Source: Macrostomum lignano (taxonomy: Eukaryota). From it: DNA of 64,000 bases. Shown here piece after piece: positions 1 through 14,202 of the stretch. A program made the position numbers and the translations under genes. The notes under the pieces were generated by a model. That model did no database searches. It saw only the letters and a list, made by a program, of their open reading frames with translations, and was not told where the DNA came from. Where the stretch lies: assembly GCA_002269645.1 (NCBI GenBank), contig NIVC01003687.1:1-64000 (forward strand), written 5' to 3'. Each line of letters starts with the position of its first letter. Position 1 is the first letter of the stretch.

Positions 1-2005
1 TTCGCCGAGTCAGCAGCGTCGGAAGCTTACAGCCATACAAAGACGTCGTTGCAACCAGAGCCTGTAAACAACTTCAGCTCGGACTCTCTGCTCACCAGCC
101 AAAACACGCATGTCACAATGAGTTTTCAGCCGACGACTCAACATTTTCCTACACGGAATCGCCAGTCGAGTCCCTGGCCAGTCCGTTGGAGGACGAGCTG
201 CAGCAGCAGCAGCAGCAGCCAATCCTGGAGAAGCAACTCGGCGGCAGGCGGAACAGCCGAAGCGGCTCCTGCTGATGCTGCCGCCAGCGCCGGTGCAGAC
301 GCTGCTGGCCCACCAGCCGATGTGGTGCGCGCTCTTCCAACTCAGCGACCGCGCCGTCAGCATCAAATCATCGAGCAGCCAGCACAGCGCCGCACTCCGG
401 CCAGCAGCGGCGAAGCAGGAATTCGCGCAACTGCTGCGTTGCAGTGGCATCTCAGCGTCTTTGCATGGCAACCGACGGTCGCTTCGCCTGGCAAAGTCCG
501 GCCTGGGCCGCAGCGCTTCTCGTTGCAGCCGGGCGTGCAGCCAGTGGCTGTTCGTTGGGACCGGCGGCAGACAACCGCCAGAGAGCTCCTGGAGCGCTAC
601 ACTGCTGGCTTATCTTCGAACAAGTCGGCCCGACGATGAGCCTCAGACAGGCGGCCGTGGAAGCCGCCTCCACCGCTGCCGTTGGCCTCTGCTGGTGACG
701 TCACCGGATCCGCAGACCGCACTGCGATTCGTCACCGCAGCTGCATCGGCGCCGGAGCCCGTGAAGGCACCGCTCCGCCAGCGGTGCCCGTCTTTTGGCG
801 CCATGACACATCGGCCACAGCCGGGTTCCAGCAGTCGCAGCCGCCGCTGTACCGATGGCCGCCGCCACCCGCCGGCTCGCTAATCGGATCGCCCAGCTCG
901 CAGACGGCCGCCTCTGCCAGCAGCAGCAGCGGTGGCTGCGGTCGATCGAGCGGCGTCACGGCGTCTGTCGGGCGCGAGAAACTCCAGCAGCAGCGGCAGC
1001 TTCGCCGGATGGTGCAGGTGATGCAAATGCGCCGAAAGCCTAGCGACACGAGTTCGTCGTGCACCGACGCGCGGCGACAGCTGTCGGAACGGCTTCTGCC
1101 GCCGACGATGCGACCTGCTCGAAGATCTGCTCCGACGCCGGGACGAAATCGACGATATGCTGACGGCGCTGCAGCCCAGCCCGTGCCACTCGCCGACATC
1201 GTCGCGTTTCTATTCTTTCGGCGCTGCCAGCGGCGTTGATGGCGGAATCTCCAGCAGCGCTACGGACAGCGAGTTCGCCGCTAGCCGCTCCGATGACGCC
1301 AACAGCATCAACAGCGTCTGCAGCAGCAGCAGCAGCGGCAGCGGCAACAGCCATTCGTACTTCGTCACGCCAAGCAGCGCGCTCGGCCGGACGGCAAACA
1401 ACAACGCAGACGTCGGCTGTGGCGAAGGCGCCGTGGACAGTCACCGGAGACGCCGGACGTACTACGCCCGACGGTGCATCGTTCGGCTGGAGGAGAGCGC
1501 GGCTCTGCTGGTCCAGGAGACCGCCTGCCGGGCCAGCAGCGTGGTGTCCACCTGCTCGGTGCAGCAGGACTCTGCGGACAGCGAAAGCGGCCTCCTGAAC
1601 TCCTCTTCCGCGGTGCAGCCGGCGCTTCAGGCGGTGCGGCTCGGCCAGAATCTGCAGGCCCTGGAGCGGCGGACGCTGCGCCGGGCCTGGGACCGGCCGC
1701 CCCTGGCGCCGTCCAGCTTGGCCGCTCTGGACCCCACGGTGGCCAGCTTCATCTGGTGGAGCCTCATCCCACTAGGCCGACGGCTGAAGCCCGACGAGCC
1801 GGACACCAAAAAGCCCGTTACGACCGCGATTCCGCTGCATCCGCGCTGGCTGCGGCCGCCGACACTGCCGTGCCCGGCCAAGACCGAGATGGAGATGTGG
1901 GCGGAGTCCGGCGACTCGGCGATGAGCAGCGGCGCCGGAGGTCACGTGACCTCCGCCGCCATTGGCCAGCAGCTGGTGCTTGACGTGCCAGTTGGCCCGC
2001 TGTGA
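1..2005 (+). CDS. Uncharacterised GC-rich coding-like block, apparently frame-disrupted; best ORF about 1090-2005
   Basis: Frame 2 is open from about 1020 to TGA at 2003-2005 and reads like protein (DLLEDLLRRRDEIDDMLTAL...RAWDRPPLAPSSLAALDPTVASFIWWSLIPLGRRLKPDEP). Upstream protein-like segments lie in frames 1 and 3. An AT-rich tract follows the stop. No family recognised. Confidence 0.4.
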
Positions 2006-2419
2006 CGTCGAATTTTTTTTTATTATTTTTGTAATTTTTTATAAAACGATTTTAATTCGCAGTTTGAAGCACCGCCATTGAATGCATTCGCAATTCCAAG
2101 AAATCCGCGACACTGCCTCGCTTTGAGTCTGAAGTACTTAGCAGTGGCAGAGTAGCCGCTTTTTAAGTTGGATGAGTTGTTTTTTAGTCGCTAAATATTT
2201 ATTGGCTGCTTTGTAAAATTAGTCTTTACAATATGTTCTATTAAATTCTAATTTGAAATCCGGAGTGACTGAAGTACTTGACTGAATGAGAGTGACAACA
2301 GAGTGACTGAAGAGCAATGCCTGAGTGACATTAGAGTTATTGTTCAGCCGGACCAGCCGGCTTTGTCTCACAATCTGTAAGAGTAGTTAGAGTCAGCACC
2401 CAGTCTTGCTGCTTGCCAA

Positions 2420-3666
2420 ATGACACCAGAGTGATGCCAGAGTTATGCCAGAGTAATTGCAGAGTGACACTAGAGTGACGCCAGAGTGACACTAGAGTGA
2501 TGCCAGAGTGACGCTAGAGTGACGCCAGAGTGACACTAGAGTGATGCCAGAGTGATGCCAGAGTGATGCCAGAGTGATGCCAGAGTGATGCCAGAGTGAC
2601 ACTAGAGTGATGCCAAAGTGATGCCAGAGTGATGCCAGAGTGACACTAGAGTGATGCCAGAGTGATGCCAGAATGATGCCAGACTGACACTAGAGTGATG
2701 CCAGAGTGACACTAGAGTGATGCCAGAGTGACGCTAGAGTGATGCCAGAGTGATGCCAGAGTGATGCCAGACTGACACTAAAGTGATGCCAGAGTGATGC
2801 CAGAGTGACACTAGATTGATGCCAGAATGATGCCAGAATGATGCCAGACTGACACTAAAGTGATGCCAGAGTGACACTAGAGTGATGCCAGAGTGACACT
2901 AGAGTGATGCCAGAGTGACACTAGAGTGATGCCAGAGTGACGCTAGAGTGATGCCAGAGTGACACTAGAGTGACGCTAGAGTGATGCCAGAATGATGCCA
3001 GAGTGACACTAGAGTGACGTCAGAGTGATGCCAGAATGATGCCAGAGTGATGCCAGACTGACACTAAAGTGATGCCAGAGTGACACTAGAGTGATGCCAG
3101 AGTGACACTAGAGTGATGCCAGAGTGACACTAGAGTGATGCCAGAGTGACACTAGAGTGATGCCAGAGTGACACTAGAGTGATGCCAGAGTGACACTAGA
3201 GTGATGCCAGAGTGACACTAGAGTGATGCCAGAGTGATGCCAGAGTGACACTAGAGTGATGCCAGAGTGATGCCAGAATGATGCCAGACTGACACTAGAA
3301 TGATGCCAGAGTGATGCCAGAGTGATGCCAGAGTGACACTAGAGTGATGCCAGGGTGATGCCAGAGTGATGCCAGAGTGATGCCAGAGTGATGCCAGAGT
3401 GATGCCAGAGTGATGCCAGAGTGACACTAGAGTGATGCCAGGGTGATGCCAGAGTGATGCCAGAGTGATGCCAGAGTGATGCCAGAGTGATGCCAGAGTG
3501 ATGCCAGAGTGATGCCAGAGTGATGCCAGAGTGATGCCAGAGTGACACTAGAGTGCTGCCAGGGTGATGCCAGAGTGATGCCAGAATGATGCCAGAGTGA
3601 TGCCAGAGTGATGCCAGAGTGATGCCAGAGTGACACTAGAGTGATGCCAGGGTGATGCCAGAGTGA
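2420..3666. repeat. 11-bp minisatellite (GAGTGATGCCA / GAGTGACACTA), intergenic
   Basis: Two interleaved 11-mer variants, about 110 units. Confidence 0.95.
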
Positions 3667-4067
3667 GAACGTGACAACAGGATGAGACTGAAGAGTGAAA
3701 AGAGTATGAGAAGTGTAGTTGAGAATAAGCTATTTAACTGAGATCTGTATTTTTCAACATTATTTAAATGTGCCGGATTGCTGACACTGTGAAACACACT
3801 TTAAGTTGGTGAAATCAGCAAATTGCGGCAGTAGAACAAAGGTGCAAATTTAAATAAGCTTTCTACTGAAGAAAGTAGTTCGGCTAGTGTATGGCTTAAC
3901 AATTTTCTTATGGCTTATTAACAATGGAAGGCTGTCTGTCTATATATAGAGAATCAGTGAGCCACGCCAGGGGCTGCTGGTGAAGTCCGCAAGCTGTTCT
4001 CGAGCCGCTGCTGAGCCATGGGCTGCGTGTTCCCCGGCCGGGCCCGCACCGGCACTCGGCCACCCGA

Positions 4068-6762
<2,695 letters not shown>

Positions 6763-6779
6763 ACATTTGAAACTAGTGC

Positions 6780-7750
6780 AGAGAGTGAGATTGGGAGAGT
6801 GAGATTGGGAGAGTGAGATTGGGAGAGTGAGAATGGGAGAGTGAGAATGGGAGAGTGAGATTGGGAGGGTGAGATTGGGAGAGTGAGATTAGGAGAGTGA
6901 GGTTGAGAGAGTGAGATTGGGAGAGTGAGATTGGGAGAGTGAGATTAGGAGAGTGAGGTTGAGAGAGTGAGGTTGGGAGAGTGAGATTGGGAGAGTGGGA
7001 GAGTGAGAAAGTGAGATTAAGAGAGTGAGAGTGAGAGAGTGAGGTGAGTTCAAGAGAGTGAGAAGGTGAGAAGGTGAGATCAAGAGACTGAGAGTGAGAG
7101 AATGAGAAGGTGAGATCAAGAGAGTGAGAGAGTGAGAGTGAGAGAGTGAGAGTGTGAGATCAAGATACTGAGAGACTGAGAGTGAGAGAGTGAGAAGGTG
7201 AGATCAAGAGAGTGAGAGACTGAGAGTGAGAGACTGAGAGTGAGAGACTGAGAGTGAGAGACTGAGAGTGAGAGACTGAGAGTGAGAGACTGAGAGTGAG
7301 AAGGTGAGATCAAGAGACTGAGAGTGAGAGACTGAGAGTGAGAGACTGAGAGTGAGAAGGTGAGATCAAGAGACTGAGAGTGAGAGACTGAGAGTGAGAG
7401 ACTGAGAGTGAGAGACTGAGAGTGAGAGACTGAGAGTGAGAGACTGAGAGTGAGAGACTGAGAGTGAGAGACTGAGAGTGAGAGACTGAGAGTGAGAGAC
7501 TGAGAGTGAGAGACTGAGAGTGAGAGACTGAGAGTGAGAGACTGAGAGTGAGAGACTGAGAGTGAGAGACTGAGAGTGAGAGACTGAGAGTGAGAGACTG
7601 AGAGTGAGAGACTGAGAGTGAGAAAGTGAGATCAAGAGACTGAGAGTGAGAGACTGAGAGTGAGAGACTGAGAGTGAGAGACTGAGAGTGAGAGACTGAG
7701 AGTGAGAGACTGAGAGTGAGAAGGTGAGATCAAGAGACTGAGAGACTGGG
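6780..7750. repeat. GA-rich 14-bp then 12-bp array (GAGAGTGAGATTGG; GAGAGTGAGACT-like) just after the globin stop
   Basis: Directly visible tandem units. Confidence 0.93.
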
Positions 7751-8291
7751 AGAAAGGTTGAGACTGAGTGAGCGAGATAAAGAAAGTGGCAGAGAAGAAA
7801 TGGCATTCTGACATTGTCCATAAACAAGCCGAAGTCCTCAGCTGAACCAATAATGCTTATCCAGTTACTCAATTTTTTCACTTGTGCGCCAAGCTGCAGT
7901 GAAAAGCAAATAAACCTGTTGCTAAAGAAGCGGGAGCAGCAGATGCTGCGCCAGCATGTACCCGCATTGCCTGCTCTCTGCAGGAAGAACGCGTCCGAGC
8001 CAACTGGGAAATGAGGCTGGGGGGCTGTGCAGGAAATGACAGCACAAGGTAGCGAGCCAACCGTCTCTGATTTATGTTTCTGAGGATAACTGCCTGATTT
8101 AAAAGGCGTTATGTCCTTGTCCCAGTGGGATGTTTCATTGCCCCTGTGTTCTAACTGTTTCGAGCGACATGTAGATTAATTAATGTCAAAGAGATTTATT
8201 AAAGATAGTAGGTGTACATGATATTGAGAGAACAGTTGGTCTCTTCAGGGACTCCAGTTTTCTGCATCTCAAGGTCAATCATTTTTCGATT

Positions 8292-10465
8292 TTATGTAGC
8301 TCTCGGTAGCTCAGGGTCACTTCTTTTCTGATTGGCTGGGTGACGTACATTCTCAAGGTCACTTCTTTTCTGATTGGCTGGGTGACGTACTTTCTCAAGG
8401 TCATTTGTTTTCTGATTGGCTGCGCGGTGTGTTGCCTGAAGGTCAATCGTATTCCGATTGGTTGTGACTTTCAGTTTCTTCCCAAGGTCACTCGGTCGCT
8501 GATTGGCTGGGCATCGTGTATTCTCAAGGTCATTTTTTACACTCGCTTCCTGATTGGCTGTCGCCCCTGGCAGTTGAAGGCCTGGGTGAAACTTATCGTC
8601 TATCTCAGTCTGCAAGTCTGCGCCGGAGCCCCGGGCCCTGCTGGCCACGAGCCTCACCGGCCGGCCGGTGGAAGTTTGGGACGTGGACGCCACGGAAGCA
8701 GCTCCGGCTCCAATCGCTGCCTTGGTGGCCGCCGCCGACCACTCAAGTCGGAGGGTGAGTAGCGAAATCGCCGCGGCAACGAGCTGGCCAATCAGAGCGG
8801 CCGCTGCCAGGCCGAACGACAAGTCGAGAAAGCCGCTCTGGTGGCCGGCCAGGTCAGCCGAGGCCGTTGCGACCGCCTCGGACCAGGCAGCGAACAGGTG
8901 GAGCATCAGGCAGCAGAGAGCGAACCCGCAGGCCGCTGCGGGACCGAGCGTGTGAAGAATATTGCAGCCTCCCTAATCCCGGTCTTGCAAGCATATTCCG
9001 TAAATTCCAGCATCCCCACGATTCCCCATCATCAATCCACATGATCCCAGTGACCCAGCATCCCATCATCAATCAACCTGATCCCAGTGACCCAGCATCC
9101 CATCATCAATCAACCTGATCCCAGTGACCCAGCATCCCCATCATCAATCAACATCATCCCAGTGACCTGCAGCATCCCATCATCAATCAACCTGATCCCA
9201 GTGACCCAGCATCCCCATCATCAATCAACATCATCCCAGTGACCCAGCATCCCCATCATCAATCAACATCATCCCAGTGACCCAGCATCCTCATCATCAA
9301 TCGACATGATCCCAGTGACCCAGCATCCCTATCATCAATCAAACTGATCCCAGTGACCCAGCATCCCAATCAACTGATCCAAAGTATCCAGCATCCCGTA
9401 GCCATTATCATCACTACGATCCCAGAAATCCCCAGCCCCGAAGATCCCCATCATGAGCGCGATCCCAGCGGCCCAGCATCCCAACAATCCCCATCAGCTG
9501 TACCCGCCACTCCGGACGCAGCGGCAGAGGCGCACAGCAGGGGGTCGAGTCTCTCGCCGCAGCAGCAGCCGCAGCCGGCGAGGCATCTGGGCTTCCGGGC
9601 TGCCAGCCTGACAGCGGATGCGGCCTGCAGAGCCACGGATACTGCGGACGCCAGGACGGCCGATACGGAGAGAACCTGGCAGGCGAGCTGCAGGACTGGA
9701 AATGGAATGTGCGCGTTCAAAATTTGTTTTGAGTTCTTTTTGCTTCTCATCAGTGCCAATTAGAACTCATAATCGGTGCCAAACAGAACTCATAATCGGT
9801 GCCAAACAGAACTCATAATCGGTGCCAAACAGAACTCATAATCGGTGCCAAACAGAACTCATAATCGGTGCCAAACAGAACTCATAATCGGTGCCAAACA
9901 GAACTCATAATCGGTGCCAAACAGAACTCATAATCGGTGCCAAACAGAACTCATAATCGGTGCCAAACAGAACTCATAATCGGTGCCAAACGGAACTCAT
10001 AATCGGCGCCAAACGGAACTCAAAATCGGTGCCAAACGGAACTCATAATCGGCGCCAAACGGAACTCAAAATCGGTGCCAAACGGAACTCAAAATCGGTG
10101 CCAAACGGAACTCAAAATCGGTGCCAAACGGAACTCAAAATCGGCGCCAAACGGAACTCAAAATCGGTGCCAAACGGAACTCAAAATCGGCGCCAAACAG
10201 AACTCGAATCCTAACAAACAAGACTCATCCTCAGCACGGCATCCCGAAGCCACTAACCGGCCAGAGTCGCCCCGGCGCCGCTGCCGCCATCAATCATGAG
10301 GTCGACAAAGACGCCCAGGCTGAGCACCGGACTGGCCGGCGTTGGCAGGCGCAGCTGAACGGCCAGCCGGGCCCAGCTCGGCCAGACGGTGGCGGCCAGC
10401 CAGCAGCCGGCGGAAGCAGCCAGCAGCAGGGTGAGCACAGCTCTGAGCAGCACCGCTGGCTTCAT
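8292..10465 (-). CDS. Four-TM claudin/PMP22-superfamily-like membrane protein, 3 exons, about 347 aa
   Basis: Exons 10465-10258, 9695-9504, 8935-8292 join in phase 1/1. TM1 LLRAVLTLLLAASAGCWLAATVW is followed by W..SLGVF; TM2 QVLSVSAVLASAVSVAL; TM3 LLCASAAASGVAAACGFALCCLMLHLF; TM4 is preceded by LDLSFGLAAAALIGQLVAAAISLL, resembling claudin G.SF.LA. The second donor (GTACAG) is weak. Confidence 0.7.
9020..9400. repeat. About 37-bp minisatellite in claudin-like intron 2
   Basis: Unit ATCCCAGTGACCCAGCATCCCATCATCAATCAACCTG with variants. Confidence 0.9.
9750..10205. repeat. 23-bp minisatellite in claudin-like intron 1
   Basis: Unit AATCGGTGCCAAACAGAACTCAT, about 19 copies. Confidence 0.95.
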
Positions 10466-10739
10466 GCCGGTTGTTACGTACGGAGCAGCCGCGGGTGAGG
10501 GAACACTTTATTTGGGGATTAATTTCCCACCAAAGCGATAGGATCTCTTTGCCAGAAGTCAGCCGAGCGAGAGGCTGATTGTTCGTCAGCGCGATTTTGC
10601 GGGAAATTTCTGAAGCTTATCGGCTGCGGATATCTCAGCGGGTTACCGCAACTCCGTCACGGCTGACTTGAGACCTGTGGCCGACTTTGCTGACTCTGGC
10701 TTGAGCCCCAGTTGTGGCTTCCCTGCTCTGCCTCCCATT

Positions 10740-12470
10740 CTATCCCATTCTGTCCCAATCCCCATCCTCTAGTGTCTCCAATCCCCATCCTCTAGTGTCT
10801 CCAATCCCCATCCTCTAGTGTCTCCAATCCCCATCCTCTAGTGTCCCCAATCCCCATCCTCTAGTGTCTCCAATCCCCATCCTCTAGTGTCCCCAATCCG
10901 CATCCTCTAGTGTCCCCACTCCCCATCCTCTAGTGTCCCCACTCCCCATCCTCTAGTGTCCCCAATCCCCATCCTCTAGTGTCCCCAATCCCCATCCTCT
11001 AGTGTCCCAATCCCCATCCTCTAGTGTCCCCAATCCCCATCCTCTAGTGTCTCCAATCCCCATCCTCTAGTGTCCCCAATTCCCATCCTCTAGTGTCCCC
11101 ACTCCCCATTCTCTAGTGTCCCCACTCCCCATCCTCTAGTGTCCCCAATCCCCATCCTCTAGTGTCCCCAATTCCCATCCTCTAGTGTCCCCAATCCGCA
11201 TCCTCTAGTGTCCCCAATTCCCATCCTCTAGTGTCTCCAATCCCCATCCTCTAGTGTCCCAATCCGCATCCTCTAGCTTCCCAATCCCCATCCTCTAGCG
11301 TCCCCAATCCCCATCCTCTAGTGTCCCCAATTCCCATACTCTAGTTTCCCCAATCCCCATCCTCTAGTGTCTCCAATCCGCATCCTCTAGTGTCCCCAAT
11401 TCCCATCCTCTAGTGTCCCCAATTATCATCCTCTAGTGTCCCCAATCCCCATCCTCTAGTGTCCCCAATCCCCATCCTCTAGCGTCCCCAATTCCCATCC
11501 TCTAGTGTCTCCAATCCGCATCCTCTAGTGTCCCCAATTCCCATCATCTAGTGTCCCCAATTCCCATCCTCTAGTGTCCCCAATTCCCATCCTCTAGTGT
11601 CCCCAATTCCCATCCTCTAGTGTCCCCAATCCCCATCCTCTAGTGTCCCCAATCCCCATCCTCTAGCGTCCCCAATTCCCATCCTCTAGTGTCCCCAATC
11701 CGCATCCTCTAGTGTCCCCAATTCCCATCATCTAGTGTCCCCAATTCCCATCCTCTAGTGTCCCCAATTCCCATCCTCTAGTGTCCCCAATTCCCATCCT
11801 CTAGTGTCCCCAATCCCCATCCTCTAGTGTCTCCAATCCGCATCCTCTAGTGTCCCCAATCCCCATCCTCTATTGTCCCAATCCCCATCCTCTAGTTTCC
11901 CAATCCGCATCCTCTAGTTTCCCAATCCGCATCCTCTAGTTTCCCAATCCCCATCCTCTAGTGTCCCAATCCCCATCCTCTAGTTTCCCAATCCGCATCC
12001 TCTAGTTTCCCAATCCCCATCCTATTTTGCTCCAATCCCCATCCTCTAGTTTCCCAATCCGCATCCTCTAGTTTCCCAATCCCCATCCTCTAGTGTCCCA
12101 ATCCCCATCCTCTAGTTTCCCAATCCGCATCCTCTAGTTTCCCAATCCCCATCCTCTAGTTTCCCAATCCCCATCCTCTAGTGTCTCCAATCCGCATCCT
12201 CTAGTGTCCCCAATCCCCATCCTCTAGTTTCCCAATCCGCATCCTCTAGTGTCCCCAATCCCCATCCTCTAGTTTCCCAATCCCCATCCTCTAGTGTCCC
12301 AATCCGCATCCTCTAGTTTCCCAATCCGCATCCTCTAGTTTCCCAATCCCCATCCTCTAGTGTCTTAATCCCCATCCTCTAGTGTCTCCAATCCGCATCC
12401 TCTAGTGTCCCCAATCCCCATCCTCTAGTGTCCCAATCCGCATCCTCTAGTTTCCCAATCCCCATCACTA
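10740..12470. repeat. 22-23-bp minisatellite, intergenic
   Basis: Unit CCCCATCCTCTAGTGTCCCCAAT, about 75 copies. Confidence 0.95.
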
Positions 12471-12954
12471 GTGGCCCTCACTCAAAATCAAGTTACTCGT
12501 CAGAATAGTGAAGCTGCACATTTCCTTTGGACCGATGCCAAACAAGTGTCAGGTTCCTTGAAACCTGCAGGAATGGCATATTCAAACCCAAAACTCAAAA
12601 TTTATGTACTAGCACATATGTATTTATATGTGAAAAATATGTGCAAGCAAAAAATTATAGCACAGTGTTCAGTGCTAATTGAATTTACAGTTGAATCTGA
12701 TTGGCTTGTGTTGAAATTTAAAATACGGTGAGCAATAAAGGATGAGACACTCGAGTGCGGTTGGTTAACTGGCAGTGTATGCCTGGGAATGCCGTCGGTC
12801 ATTGGAGCTGTCAATCTAAGTAGCAGCAGTGAATTAATCTTAAATAGGAACAAGAGCATATCATTTAGGTTTGTATACATCTATAAATATATGTTCAAAT
12901 TATAGAAAATTCTGCCTTTTTGCAGCACTCAACAAACTAGGCAATGTAGTCTTT

Positions 12955-13310
12955 TTTAGAATTTTAGGGAATTCCATGTATATACGTGAGTACAGGGTCT
13001 ATTTTTAGAATATTAGGGAATTCCGTGAATAAACGTGAGTACATTGTCTATTTTTAGAATATTAGGGAATTCCGTGAATATACATTAGTACAGTGCCTAT
13101 TTTAGGAATATTAGGGAATCCCGTGAATATACATGAGTACAGTGTCTATTTTTAGATATTGTTAGAAAATCCCGTGAATATACGTGAGTACAGTGTCTAT
13201 TTTTAGAATATTAGGGAATCCCGTGAACATATATTAGTACAGTGCCTATTTTTAGAATACTAGGGAGTCTCGTAAACCAACCTGTGTACACTGCCTATTT
13301 TAGAAAACGA
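12955..13310. repeat. 49-bp AT-rich degenerate tandem repeat
   Basis: Unit GTCTATTTTTAGAATATTAGGGAATTCCGTGAATA..., period 49, about 7 copies. Confidence 0.85.
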
Positions 13311-13919
13311 CGCGGATTGCCCTATTGTAAAGTAAATCTGCAGCAAACAAATTGAATTGCAGATCAGCAGGTGCTGGTACAGAATAAAATCTGATCAATC
13401 AGCAGCAGCTGCTCAACATGCAAGCTGAAGAAAACTTAAGTTGTCGGAAGAATGGAATCAGTAAAAGCCATAAAAACGTCAAAACACAAAGCAAAGAAAT
13501 ACTAATGGGAAAACGGAAACGTTACAAAAAAGGCAACAAAGGGTCGCAGAAAGCGCCATGAAGTTAGCAGGGAAACAATTTGGCATTTTGATTCATGCGG
13601 AAGAGTTTCAGGATATAACAGCAGCAAACCAGGGATCCTATGTTGCTAGGGGATTCAACGACAGCAAGGAAACGTCAGGTTGCTAGGCGGTCTAAAGGAA
13701 CTCTATTTTATAGGGTAGTTCCACTTTTTATATGGGAATCTCAAAGTTTTTAGGGGAATGTCATCGTTCTCCTTTAAAATATCCTCCAGGGGAATCCAAT
13801 AAGCTTCTGAGGGACTCTCAAAGGGAATCCCAAAATGGAAAAGGGAATCCCAAAAGTTATCAAGGAAAGTTCTGAAGGGAATCTCCATTTAAAGGAGAAT
13901 AGTACGTTTCCAGGAGAAT

Positions 13920-14090
13920 CTTTCGTTTCCAGGGGAACCTCTCGTTTCCAGGGGAACCTCTCGTTTCCAGGGGACCTCTCGTTTCCAGGGGACCTCTCGT
14001 TTCCAGGGAAACCTCTCGTTTCCAGGGGACCTCTCGTTTCCAGGGAACCTCTCGTTTCCAGGGGAACCTCTCGTTTCCAGGGAACTCAAG
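13920..14090. repeat. 18-19-bp minisatellite near the MTUS-like 3' end
   Basis: Unit GGGAACCTCTCGTTTCCAG. Confidence 0.88.
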
Positions 14091-14202
14091 CTAGCTCGTA
14101 TTAGGGAAATTTTTGCAGGAGAATTTCTTGTTTCCGGTGGGAATATCAAATTTTCGGGGAATCCAGGGGAATCCCCAAGTTTCTGGGGAAGCCAGCTGCA
14201 CT

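Noticed and set aside
7814-8060. Short ORFs or a possible exon between the globin and claudin-like 3' ends
   Set aside because: No family motif and no phase-compatible link to either gene.
9750-10205. CRISPR-like appearance of 23-30-bp repeats (also 55520-56460, 63180-63930)
   Set aside because: Units are head-to-tail with no unique spacers, there are no cas genes, and the context is eukaryotic introns.
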